DNA of 32,000 nucleotides from Okeania sp. (GTDB lineage Bacteria; Cyanobacteriota; Cyanobacteriia; Cyanobacteriales; Microcoleaceae): NCBI RefSeq assembly GCF_035285525.1, contig NZ_JAYKGW010000154.1, positions 1 to 32,000 of the forward strand, read 5' to 3'. Shown piece by piece: positions 1 to 7,963 of this stretch (position 1 is its first letter; each line of letters starts with the position of its first letter). The notes under the pieces were generated by a model. It saw only the letters and a program-made list of their open reading frames with translations, ran no database searches and was not told where the DNA came from. The position numbers and the translations under genes were made by a program.

Positions 1-114
1 GGCATCGTGCTATTTTACCGGGCAGCTACCCACCGAGTATCTTCGCCACTGTAGCGTTTCACTTCCGAGTTCGGGATGGATCGGAGTGGTTCCACTACGT
101 CATAGACACCAGGA
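1..114 (-). rRNA. rrf: 5S ribosomal RNA, essentially complete (last few 3' nt run off the window start)
   Basis: The reverse complement reads TCCTGGTGTCTATGACGTAGTGGAACCACTCCGATCCATCCCGAACTCGGAAGTGAAACGCTACAGTGGCGAAGATACTCGGTGGGTAGCTGCCCGGTAAAATAGCACGATGCC. It contains the universal 5S core CCCGAACTC.GAAGTGAAACG. The 5' CCTGGTG can pair with the 3' GATGCC(AGG) to close helix I. Confidence 0.85.
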
Positions 115-306
115 AAAGCTAATAATAATTAGTTTATTATATTTGCCTTTAGTGCTTTTAGTTAGCAGGCGTTTTTTTTCCTTACATTTATAACTATAAA
201 TACCTTTTCTATAAATGTCAACCCCCTAAGCAAAATTTTTAAGTCAAAATTCAAAATTCATGCATTAAGAAGAAAATTATAGTTTTGTTTGTTTCCCAAA
301 AATTCA

Positions 307-506
307 ATCAGCCATTTTTCCTAAACCAGCTCACCCAATAATAGAGTCGATCTGCTCATAATCCGTATATCCGTAGCCTAATCCGTGTCTAGCCTACCTA
401 ATTGTCAGCTCAAATCAGCCATTTTTCCTAAACCAGCTCACCCAATAATAGAGTCGATCTGCTCATAATCCGTATATCCGTGGCCTAATCCGTGTCTAGC
501 CTACCT
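307..506. repeat. Tandem duplication, period 107 bp (93-bp copies at 307-399 and 414-506, one mismatch at 375 vs 482)
   Basis: Direct comparison: ATCAGCCATTTTTCCTAAACCAGCTCACCCAATAATAGAGTCGATCTGCTCATAATCCGTATATCCGT[A/G]GCCTAATCCGTGTCTAGCCTACCT occurs twice. Copy 2 contains the last codons and stop of ORF 485-850. Confidence 0.95.
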
Positions 507-850
507 TTTTTCTCAAACCATTGAATCACCTGTTGGACTGTCAACTCCTGAAGTGGTACAGCAGACTCTTGAGCAACCTGCTTTAAAGGAGATAAAGAGG
601 CCATTACCAATTTAATAAAAAAGTTCTCAAAATTAGCATCTATCTCTAAATTTTGCTTCACACTTTCATCCTTTTTAATCCAAGTTTGTACCTGTTCAGC
701 AGGTATTTCTTCTGGAGTTAAACCTGTTTCCTCGGCTATTTGCCTTAAACATCTCAAAGAATAAATAGCTAATCGTGTTGAAAACTTATCCTTAGAAGTT
801 AGGAGCGCTCCATCAACTTGAGCAGACTCTTCGGGTGTTAAAAATTCCAT
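485..850 (-). CDS. Hypothetical protein, 121 aa, downstream of and co-oriented with sufR
   Basis: Open frame in AT-rich DNA with protein-like composition (MEFLTPEESAQVDGALL...VIQWFEKKGRLDTD). I recognise no family. Confidence 0.55.
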   Translation of the reverse strand: MEFLTPEESAQVDGALLTSKDKFSTRLAIYSLRCLRQIAEETGLTPEEIPAEQVQTWIKKDESVKQNLEIDANFENFFIKLVMASLSPLKQVAQESAVPLQELTVQQVIQWFEKKGRLDTD

Positions 851-918
851 AGATGTTGAAGTAAAAATTCAAAAGTCAAAAGTAAGAAGAAAATTATAAA
901 AGTAAATAGTTAATAAAG

Positions 919-953
919 TAATTATTAATTATTAATTATTAATTATTAATTAA
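919..953. repeat. Tandem heptamer array (ATTATTA)n overlapping the sufR stop codon
   Basis: GTAATTATTAATTATTAATTATTAATTATTAATTAATG, read directly. Confidence 0.9.
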
Positions 954-1648
954 TGAACTTCCTTCTGCTGAGTAATTAAATAACCACAACGATGCTCTCC
1001 ATTAACTATCCAGTGAGTTCTCTCCACAATACAATCAGGCAGTACAGCCCCAAACATTTCTAATTCATGGCCACAAACACTGGGAAAAGATTCAGCCACA
1101 TTAGATATAGCACAGTTGTGTTCTATAAAGATATAACCTTCAAATTCCTCTACAGTAGAATCACTTTTGAATTTTGAATTTTGAATTTTGAATTGTTGAT
1201 TAGGATACCACTCTGCCATGTAACCCTCAGCTTTACGTAGCTCTACTAAATTGGCCACGCGCTCCGGCACTGAACCTGTCCCCAATAGTTGGCGATAGTG
1301 CATGGCCTTACGTTGCCATTGTTTCTGTAGTACTTGGCTTACTTGGTCATGTCCCATAGTTTCGGCCAAGGTATCTAGGAAAGAGACAGCAAATTGGTCA
1401 TAACTATGGGGAAAGCGATCGCGTCCCTGAGTTGTCAGTTCATAAATATGTTGTGGCCTTCCCATTCCACTTGCTACTGATTTATATTTGATTAGTCCTT
1501 CTCCTTCTAAGTCTTTTAAATGGCGACGTGTGGCTTGGGGACTAATTTCTAGCGACTCAGCTAATTCTAATGCACTAGCTTGAGTTCGCTTCATCAAGTG
1601 TTGCAATATTTCTTGTTTGGTTGAATTTTGTTGAGTCGTTTCCATCAT
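950..1648 (-). CDS. sufR: SufR, Fe-S cluster-sensing transcriptional repressor of the suf operon
   Basis: N-terminal winged-helix region (SALELAESLEISPQATRRHLKDLEGEGLI). C-terminal Cys-containing block typical of cyanobacterial SufR (EHNCAISNVAESFPSVCGHELEMF...PDCIVERTHWIVNGEHRCGYLI). Divergent from sufBCDS. Confidence 0.9.
   Translation of the reverse strand: MMETTQQNSTKQEILQHLMKRTQASALELAESLEISPQATRRHLKDLEGEGLIKYKSVASGMGRPQHIYELTTQGRDRFPHSYDQFAVSFLDTLAETMGHDQVSQVLQKQWQRKAMHYRQLLGTGSVPERVANLVELRKAEGYMAEWYPNQQFKIQNSKFKSDSTVEEFEGYIFIEHNCAISNVAESFPSVCGHELEMFGAVLPDCIVERTHWIVNGEHRCGYLITQQKEVH
1165..1199. repeat. Heptamer array (TTTTGAA)x4 plus one degenerate unit, inside the sufR coding sequence
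   Basis: Read directly. On the coding strand it is (TTCAAAA)n and encodes ..QQFKIQNSKFKSD.. in the linker between the two conserved SufR halves. Confidence 0.9.
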
Positions 1649-1780
1649 TTCAGTTATTAGTTATCAGTTATCAGTTATCAGTTAGCAGTTAGCAGTTAAC
1701 ACTACTTTCTGTAATAGAAAGGCCATAAAATCAGTTAACAGTTAACAGTACCTCCTGTAATAGAAAGGTCATAAAATCAG
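1649..1780. repeat. Heptamer array (CAGTTAT/CAGTTAG)n next to the sufR start, followed by a 26-nt direct repeat
   Basis: CAGTTATTAGTTATCAGTTATCAGTTATCAGTTAGCAGTTAGCAGTTAAC. CTGTAATAGAAAGG[C/T]CATAAAATCAG occurs at 1709-1734 and 1755-1780. Confidence 0.9.
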
Positions 1781-2007
1781 AAATTTCTTTTTTTGGTAGT
1801 CCTGCATAGTAATGGTGGACAAGAACAGGTAATGCTTGGTAGAGAAGCAAAATGTTTTTTTATGGGAGCAAGATGCTCCCACTGTTGTGTCTTGCTGTAA
1901 ATACAATGCACTACTTCCTTTTTTTATCTCCTCGAATAGGGACAGTTGGGACTTTATTTCTTAGTCCAGTTTTTGGGTCAACAAAAAATATTTTTACTAA
2001 ACTTTGA

Positions 2008-2021
2008 CAACATCACTGTTG
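2008..2021. promoter_or_regulatory. Candidate SufR operator 1, CAAC-N6-GTTG; a TTGACA hexamer overlaps it at 2004-2009
   Basis: CAACATCACTGTTG read directly in the sufR/sufB divergent spacer. As I recall, CAAC-N6-GTTG is the inverted repeat reported for cyanobacterial SufR binding. Confidence 0.6.
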
Positions 2022-2047
2022 TTAATGTAACCTAAAATATATTAAAA

Positions 2048-2061
2048 CAACAAATAAGTTG
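2048..2061. promoter_or_regulatory. Candidate SufR operator 2, CAAC-N6-GTTG
   Basis: CAACAAATAAGTTG, 40 bp from operator 1 and about 75 bp upstream of the sufB ATG. Confidence 0.6.
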
Positions 2062-2134
2062 TTAAACTCAAAAAAAGGCCACTAGAGCCTCTGGTATTAC
2101 TAATTAAGTAGATATAACTAGGAAAAAAAATATA

Positions 2135-3571
2135 ATGACTGCTAAAGTAACAACCTTAGTGAATCAACCTTATAAATATGGTTTCGTCACTGATATTGAA
2201 TCAGATACTATTCCTCGCGGACTGAGTGAAGATATTGTTCGTTTGATATCTGCTAAAAAAAATGAACCAGAGTTTATGCTCAACTTTCGTCTCAAAGCAT
2301 ATCAGAAATGGTTACAAATGAAGGAACCAGTTTGGGCGCAGGTAGACTATCCGAAAATTGATTATCAAAATATTATTTACTATTCTGCACCAAAAGTTCA
2401 AGACAAGAAGAAAAGTCTAGACGACGTCGATCCTACTCTTTTGGAGACTTTTGAGAAACTTGGCATTCCTTTATCGGAGCAGAAACGTCTGAGTAATGTT
2501 GCGGTTGATGCTGTATTTGATAGTGTTTCTATTGCGACTACTTTTAAAGAGAAACTTGCGGAAGAAGGAGTAATTTTTTGTTCTATTTCGGAAGCAGTGG
2601 AGGAATATCCAGAGTTAGTAGAAAAATATTTGGGCAGTGTTGTACCAGTGGGGGATAATTTTTTTGCGGCTCTGAACTCTGCTGTGTTTAGTGACGGTTC
2701 TTTTGTTTTTATTCCTAAAGGTGTACAATGTCCGATGGATTTGTCTACCTACTTTAGAATCAATAATGGTGACTCTGGTCAGTTTGAGCGGACTCTCATT
2801 GTAGCAGAGTCGGGTAGTTCAGTAACATATTTGGAAGGTTGCACTGCTCCGATGTTTGATACTAACCAACTTCATGCTGCGGTAGTTGAACTTGTTGCTC
2901 TTGACAATGCTCAAATTAAATATTCGACAGTACAAAACTGGTTTGCTGGGGATGAAAATGGTAAAGGTGGTATTTATAATTTTGTAACTAAGCGCGGTTT
3001 GTGCAAGGGGATAAATTCTAAAATTTCCTGGACGCAGGTGGAAACTGGTTCCGCTATTACTTGGAAATATCCTAGTTGTGTTTTGGTGGGTGACAACTCG
3101 GTGGGAGAGTTTTATTCTGTTGCTCTGACTAATAATAAACAACAAGCAGATACAGGTACAAAAATGGTACATATTGGCAAAAATACTCGCAGTACAATTA
3201 TTTCTAAAGGTATTTCTGCTGGCAACTCTGCTAATAGTTATCGTGGTTTAGTGAAAATGGGTTCTGGTGCAAAAGGTGCGCGGAACTATTCTCAATGTGA
3301 CTCGATGTTAATAGGCGATCGCGCTCAAGCTAATACTTTTCCTTACATTCAAGTAGATAATAATACTGCCAAAGTTGAACATGAAGCTTCTACTTCTAAA
3401 ATAGGAGAAGACCAACTTTTTTATTTTAGTCAAAGAGGTATTTCTGCTGAAGATGCAGTGTCTATGATTATTAGTGGTTTCTGTCAGGATGTTTTTAATG
3501 AGTTACCTATGGAGTTTGCTGCGGAAGCTGATAAATTATTAAGTTTGAAATTAGAAGGAACAGTTGGATAA
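2135..3571 (+). CDS. sufB: SufB, Fe-S cluster assembly scaffold protein
   Basis: 478 aa with characteristic SufB blocks (YKYGF.., [65 protein letters not shown]). Confidence 0.95.
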   Translation: MTAKVTTLVNQPYKYGFVTDIESDTIPRGLSEDIVRLISAKKNEPEFMLNFRLKAYQKWLQMKEPVWAQVDYPKIDYQNIIYYSAPKVQDKKKSLDDVDPTLLETFEKLGIPLSEQKRLSNVAVDAVFDSVSIATTFKEKLAEEGVIFCSISEAVEEYPELVEKYLGSVVPVGDNFFAALNSAVFSDGSFVFIPKGVQCPMDLSTYFRINNGDSGQFERTLIVAESGSSVTYLEGCTAPMFDTNQLHAAVVELVALDNAQIKYSTVQNWFAGDENGKGGIYNFVTKRGLCKGINSKISWTQVETGSAITWKYPSCVLVGDNSVGEFYSVALTNNKQQADTGTKMVHIGKNTRSTIISKGISAGNSANSYRGLVKMGSGAKGARNYSQCDSMLIGDRAQANTFPYIQVDNNTAKVEHEASTSKIGEDQLFYFSQRGISAEDAVSMIISGFCQDVFNELPMEFAAEADKLLSLKLEGTVG

Positions 3572-3900
3572 TGAATAATTAATAATTAATAATTAATAAT
3601 TAATAATGCTGGAAGTAAGCATTCAAATATCATATACCTAAAAAAAATCAAGCAATGATTAAGGTTAGGTTATTACCAATTTCATTTATAGCTGTTAATT
3701 ATTCTTTGTGAATAATGCACCTATAGCTGAATGCTTACTGCTGGAAAGTACAAAGTTTTTCTAAAATCTGAAAGATTTAGCTAGTGGATAATTAATAATT
3801 AATAATGGTGGAGAGTAAAAAGTTTTTCTACAAGCTGAAAGACTTAGGGAACAATAGTCATTCCCAGAATTTTGTACTTTCTAGTTGATAATTTATAATT
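3572..3900. repeat. Repeat-rich spacer: (AATAATT)n array at 3572-3608, a 12-bp inverted repeat (3614-3625 / 3728-3739), and ~34-nt direct repeats (3748-3781 / 3815-3848)
   Basis: AGTAAGCATTCA pairs with TGAATGCTTACT. AGTACAAAGTTTTTCTAAAATCTGAAAGATTTAG matches AGTAAAAAGTTTTTCTACAAGCTGAAAGACTTAG. Confidence 0.8.
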
Positions 3901-4260
3901 GTGAAAAATAATGTAATTAAAGAAAAATCCTTTGCATTTGCATTTGCAGAATTGTTAAATTGTCAAAACATCTTAATCAAGAAAAACGGGAGTATGTTTT
4001 ATCAAAGCAATTACTTCGTAGTGGTACAGCAATTGGAGCTTTGGTGCGTGAATCTGAATACGCTGAAAGTAATGCTGACTTTGTACATAAAATGGCTATT
4101 GCCTTGAAAGAAGCCAATGAAACTCTATATTGGTTAGAGCTATTACCTATACGCAAATTATATTGATGTCAAAGGGTTTGAGTCAATTAATCAAGACTGT
4201 ATAGAGCTATTAAAAGTCCTGACGGCTATTGTCAAATCGGCAAAATCAAACAACCAGTAA
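3901..4260 (+). pseudogene. Four-helix-bundle protein (23S rRNA intervening-sequence protein / Avd-like family) disrupted by two frameshifts
   Basis: Three consecutive frame segments together rebuild the family pattern. They are ..IKEKSFAFAFAELLN (frame of 3901), SKHLNQEKREYVLSKQLLRSGTAIGALVRESEYAESNADFVHKMAIALKEANETLYWLELL (frame of 3960) and IDVKGFESINQDCIELLKVLTAIVKSAKSNNQ* (frame of 4162). The shifts are near 3960 and 4160. Confidence 0.7.
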
Positions 4261-4470
4261 ACAATTGATAATAAAAGAGTTTTTGAAGTTTCTAGTTTTC
4301 TATCTAACTCTCTAATTATTCATTATTCATTATTCATTATTCATTAAATTCCTGATAGCTATTGTCAAATCGCCAAAATTAAACAACCAGTAAACAATTT
4401 ATTAATTATTAATTATTAATTATAAATAGCTATTGTTAAATCGGCACAATCAAACAACCAATAAACAATT
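4218..4470. repeat. Three copies of the pseudogene 3' tail (4218-4266, 4351-4399, 4425-4470) separated by heptamer arrays (CATTATT, AATTATT)
   Basis: CCTGA[C/T][G/A]GCTATTGTCAAATCG[G/C]CAAAAT[C/T]AAACAACCAGTAAACAATT and a third, more diverged copy. Read directly. Confidence 0.9.
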
Positions 4471-4561
4471 AATAATTGATAATCAAATAGAAAGTTTCTA
4501 TTTTTATATAGAAAACTCTAATTATTAATTATTAATTATTCATTATTAATTACAAAAAGAC

Positions 4562-5338
4562 ATGATCAAAGAAAATAGTGAAGTTATTTTATCTGTTAAA
4601 AATTTAACAGCTAATGTCGAAGGTAAAGAAATTCTCAAAGGCTTAAATTTAGAAATAAAAGCTGGGGAAATTCATGCTATTATGGGTCCGAATGGTTCTG
4701 GTAAAAGTACCTTTTCTAAAGTATTGGCTGGTCATCCTGCTTACGAAGTTACTGGCGGAGAAGTGACATTTTTAGGTCAAAATTTATTAGAAATGGAACC
4801 AGAAGAACGATCTTTAAATGGCATTTTCTTGGCTTTTCAATATCCTCTAGAAATTCCTGGAGTTAGCAATTTAGACTTTTTACGAGTTGCTTATAATACT
4901 AAACAGAAATATCAAGGATTAGAAGAATTAGATGCTTTTGATTTTGATGATTTAGTACAGGATAAATTAGATATTGTAAAGATGAAACCAGAATTTTTAG
5001 ACCGGAGTGTAAATGAAGGTTTTTCTGGGGGAGAAAAAAAAAGAAATGAAATTTTACAAATGGCATTGTTAGAACCAAAATTAGCAATTTTAGATGAGAC
5101 AGACTCAGGGTTAGATATTGATGCTTTGAGGATAGTAGCAAATGGAGTGAATCAATTAGCAAATGAATCAAATGCTATGTTAGTAATTACTCATTATCAA
5201 CGTTTATTAAATTATATTGTTCCAGATTTTGTTCATGTTACCGGAGGTGGTAGAATTATTAAAACTGGTACAAAAGAACTAGCATTAGAATTAGAAGAAA
5301 AAGGTTATGATGATGTGGTTGCAGCAGCAAAAACTTAA
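4562..5338 (+). CDS. sufC: SufC, Fe-S cluster assembly ATPase
   Basis: Walker [10 protein letters not shown], signature [10 protein letters not shown], Walker [13 protein letters not shown] and H-loop ITHY. Typical SufC length (258 aa). Confidence 0.95.
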   Translation: MIKENSEVILSVKNLTANVEGKEILKGLNLEIKAGEIHAIMGPNGSGKSTFSKVLAGHPAYEVTGGEVTFLGQNLLEMEPEERSLNGIFLAFQYPLEIPGVSNLDFLRVAYNTKQKYQGLEELDAFDFDDLVQDKLDIVKMKPEFLDRSVNEGFSGGEKKRNEILQMALLEPKLAILDETDSGLDIDALRIVANGVNQLANESNAMLVITHYQRLLNYIVPDFVHVTGGGRIIKTGTKELALELEEKGYDDVVAAAKT

Positions 5339-5585
5339 ACAATGAATAATGAATAATTAATAATGAATAATTGTCTCTTCTTATTTATTACTGGAGAGTA
5401 CATAGAAGGTTTATAACTTTTAGCTTTAAAAGTATTGGCTAGCAATAGGTATTCCTAGAACTTGGCACTGTTGAAATTTCTTATAAAGAAGAAAATTGGT
5501 GAAAAGGATTTTTTTCTTTTACGCAGAAACTTTCAAAAATTCCCCCTAACTGATAACTGAAATGAACACTTTTTTTTAATTACTT

Positions 5586-5776
5586 CAAGACTTACGCAAA
5601 GAAACCGAGTTTCTAAAGTAAATCATTGTTTTTGACAAGAAATATCTAGGAGAAACCGGGTTTCTGGGTTCCCCTGTGGTACTACCCAAAGAAACCGAAT
5701 TTCTAAAGTAAACCATTATTTTTGACAAGAAACATCTAGGAGAAACACGGTTTCTAGGTTCCTTAATAATTGAAGT
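5586..5776. mobile_element. MITE-like element of the CAGGACTTACGCA / GAAACCGGGTTTC family, with an internal 90-bp tandem duplication (5597-5672 / 5687-5762)
   Basis: CAAGACTTACGCAAAGAAACCGAGTTTCTAAAGTAAATCATTGTTTTTGACAAGAAATATCTAGGAGAAACCGGGTTTCTGGGTTCC, then a near-identical second unit. Related to the elements at 13992-14095 and 14624-14727. The right terminus is degenerate. Confidence 0.65.
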
Positions 5777-5838
5777 GTCACCTTTGAAAGTCTAATTTTC
5801 CCTATTCCCTATTCCCTAGCGCATAGCGCATAAAAATT

Positions 5839-7200
5839 ATGCAATTGTCCGTAAAACCAGAGATATCTTATTTAGAAAAATTACTTGCAGAATCTTGTAA
5901 AAAAGTTTCTCCAACTGTACCATCAGAGTACCCCCTAAATCCAAAAATGGCAACTTGGTTAGAAGAAGTACGCGATCGCGCAGCCACTTGGGTGCGTGAG
6001 TTGAGTATCCCTACTAAGCAAGATGAGGAATGGCGCTTTAATAACTTATCTCTAATGATGAAGTTAAATTTTCAAGCGTCCGCTCCAGTAAATTTAGATG
6101 TTTTAAATATTGCTCACTTGATTTTACCGGAAGCAATAAATAGTCGCTTGGTATTTGTGAATGGAGTATTTGCACCAAAGTTGTCATCCCTGACAGATAT
6201 AGAAAATGAGGTATTTGTGGGCAACTTGGGACAGTTACCAACCGAATATCAAGAGCGCATCGGTAATTATTTGGCGAAACAACCAGGAACTCAAGAAGTA
6301 TTTACTTCCCTGAATACTGCTGGTTTAACTGATGCAGCGGTGGTATGGTTGCCAAAAAATGCGGTGGTGGAGAAACCAATACATCTATTATTTATTGCTA
6401 CTCAGACGGAAGTTCCCATATTGACTCAACGTCGTTGTTTAGTAGTAGCTGAATGTAATAGTAGCGCGACAATAGTTGAGCATTGTGTGACAGCACAAAT
6501 AATTTGTCCGGAAGCACCAACTTCTCAACCCTATCTGACAAATACGGTGACAGAAATATGGGTGGAGGAAAATGCAGAAATTAATCATACCAGGATACAA
6601 CGAGATGCAGGAGCAGCATTTCATATCGGCAAAACAGCGATCGCTCAAGCTAAAAATAGTCGTTATACTGGTAATGCTATTAATTTAGGAGGGAGGTTAT
6701 TTCGTCATAATTTACAAGTTACTCAAATGGGTGAGGGAACGGAAACTAATCTTTATGGTTTAGCGTTTATTGGTAATGAGCAAGAAGCGGATACTCATAG
6801 CAACATTATTTTGAATCATCCGAATGGTGTGAGCGAGCAAATTTATAAGTGTATTGTTGATGATAAAGCACATTCTATATTTAATGGCAAAGTTTATGTT
6901 TCTCAAACTGCACAATTGACAAATGCTGCTCAATTAAATCGTAATTTATTACTTTCTTCTGGAGGGAGGGTTGATACAAAACCGCAGTTAGAAATTATTG
7001 CGGATAATGTGCAATGTTCTCATGGAGCAACTGTTAGTCAGTTGGAAGATGATGAGGTGTTTTATTTACAAAGTCGGGGTATAAATAAAGAGGCAAGTCG
7101 TAATTTATTAATTGATGCTTTTGCCGCTGAAATTCTGAATAAAATGCCTCTACCTTCTTTGCAAAAAATTTTAAAACAATGTGTTGCTTGTAAGGTTTAA
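5839..7200 (+). CDS. sufD: SufD, Fe-S cluster assembly protein
   Basis: 453 aa in the position between sufC and sufS. The C-terminal beta-helix region has SufB/D-type blocks (TRIQRDAGAAFHIG.., PQLEIIADNVQCSHGATVSQLEDDEVFYLQSRGI). Confidence 0.9.
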   Translation: MQLSVKPEISYLEKLLAESCKKVSPTVPSEYPLNPKMATWLEEVRDRAATWVRELSIPTKQDEEWRFNNLSLMMKLNFQASAPVNLDVLNIAHLILPEAINSRLVFVNGVFAPKLSSLTDIENEVFVGNLGQLPTEYQERIGNYLAKQPGTQEVFTSLNTAGLTDAAVVWLPKNAVVEKPIHLLFIATQTEVPILTQRRCLVVAECNSSATIVEHCVTAQIICPEAPTSQPYLTNTVTEIWVEENAEINHTRIQRDAGAAFHIGKTAIAQAKNSRYTGNAINLGGRLFRHNLQVTQMGEGTETNLYGLAFIGNEQEADTHSNIILNHPNGVSEQIYKCIVDDKAHSIFNGKVYVSQTAQLTNAAQLNRNLLLSSGGRVDTKPQLEIIADNVQCSHGATVSQLEDDEVFYLQSRGINKEASRNLLIDAFAAEILNKMPLPSLQKILKQCVACKV

Positions 7201-7290
7201 AAGAAGGAGGAAGGAAGAAGTAAGAAGGAGGAAGTAAGAAGGAGGAAGGTAAATTAAAAAGTTGATTTAGATTTATGTTATGGTTGACTT

Positions 7291-7830
7291 TCGGTAAAAT
7301 TAAATATCTTGGGGATTTGGTCTCCAAACCCGATACCAAACTTGTAATTTTTACCAATAAACATATTCAGAAAAGGTTCTGAAACTATTAATAAAATTTC
7401 AGATTTTTCTTGCCTCCATGACTGGAAATACTAATAATTCAATATGGTTTAATTAAGGATTTTTTTGCAGTTATGTAATATTCAAACTCATACAATCCTT
7501 TGATGTAAAATGTCATAGTATCGGTAAAATTAAATATCTTGGGGGTTGGGAGACCAAACGCCTACCAAACTTAGAATTTTTACCAATGAACATATTCAGA
7601 AAATGTTCTGAAAATATAAATTCAATATCCTAGGATTTTGGCTTCCCAATCCTCTACCAAAATTGAAATTTTCACCAATGAACATATTCAGAAAAGGATT
7701 TTTTTGCAGTTATGTAATATTCAAACTCATATAATCCTTTAACATCAAATCTGATAATATCGGTAAAATTTAATATCTTGGGGTTTGGAGACCAAACCCC
7801 TACCAAATTTGGAGTTTTTACTTTGCCAAA
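7291..7830. repeat. Higher-order tandem repeat (~235-bp period): three or four copies of a long hairpin module centred on GGGGTTTGGAGACCAAACCCC, plus two copies of a ~50-nt segment
   Basis: TCGGTAAAATTAAATATCTTGGGG..CCAAAC..TACCAAA..TTTTTACCAATGAACATATTCAGAAAA starts at 7291, 7521 and 7760, with a degenerate copy near 7630. AGGATTTTTTTGCAGTTATGTAATATTCAAACTCATA.AATCCTTT occurs at about 7457 and 7694. Confidence 0.85.
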
Positions 7831-7884
7831 AACTATATAGTAAAATACTTCCCAAAAACCTCTAGGATTTATCAATATGTGTAA

Positions 7885-7903
7885 GGGCGAATGGCATTCG
7901 CCC
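7885..7903. repeat. Perfect 9+1+9 palindrome GGGCGAATGGCATTCGCCC with GTAAGGG...CCCCTAC flanks
   Basis: Read directly. It is GC-rich in an AT-rich spacer and shares the GTA(A)GGG / CCCTAC ends of the other palindromic repeats in the window. Confidence 0.8.
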
Positions 7904-7920
7904 CTACAATATAGATTATC

Positions 7921-7963
7921 ATAACTGATAACTGATAACTGAAAAAGCTGATAACTGAAACAG
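7921..7963. repeat. Heptamer array (ATAACTG)n immediately upstream of the sufS ATG
   Basis: ATAACTGATAACTGATAACTGAAAAAGCTGATAACTGAAACAG then ATG. The same ATAACTGATAACTGAAA string precedes the sufR ATG on the other strand. Confidence 0.9.

Noticed and set aside
146-180. A possible rho-independent terminator (GCCTTTAGTGCTTTTAGTTAGCAGGC followed by T8).
   Set aside because: Only about 4 bp of the stem actually pair. The T-run is on the plus strand, where no gene ends nearby.
2819-3172. Track ORFs antisense to or nested within well-supported genes: 2819-3172, 4899-5171, 6038-6241, 6439-6648, 7034-7357, 10148-10339, 13348-13548, 15174-15464, 15989-16180, 17174-17428, 18747-18947, 19577-19759, 26277-26582, 27070-27252, 27337-27612 and 28881-29066.
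   Set aside because: Each lies opposite or inside a long CDS with clear family motifs. Their translations are low-complexity or Cys/Ser/Leu/Ile-rich, as expected from reading AT-rich coding DNA in the wrong frame. None has a recognisable motif or RBS.
3901-4166. Two overlapping 68-aa track ORFs (3901-4107 and 3960-4166) treated as separate genes.
   Set aside because: Together with a third frame segment (4162-4260) they reconstruct one four-helix-bundle protein, so they are annotated as a single frameshifted pseudogene.
3901-4470. A diversity-generating retroelement remnant, with the Avd-like gene and the repeated tail acting as template/variable repeats.
   Set aside because: There is no reverse transcriptase in the window. 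The differences among the three tail copies (G>C, C>T, A>C, G>A) are not the adenine-specific substitutions expected for a TR/VR pair.
5597-7830. Regularly spaced repeats in the suf spacers as a possible CRISPR array.
   Set aside because: The units are long (76-95 nt or more), imperfect and hairpin-forming, and the 'spacers' are themselves repeated. There are no cas genes and no 25-40-nt repeat with unique spacers anywhere in the window.
7672-7875. Track ORF (67 aa, minus strand) in the sufD-sufS spacer.
   Set aside because: It is read entirely through the tandem hairpin/MITE-like repeats (7630-7830), so its frame is a by-product of repeat sequence.
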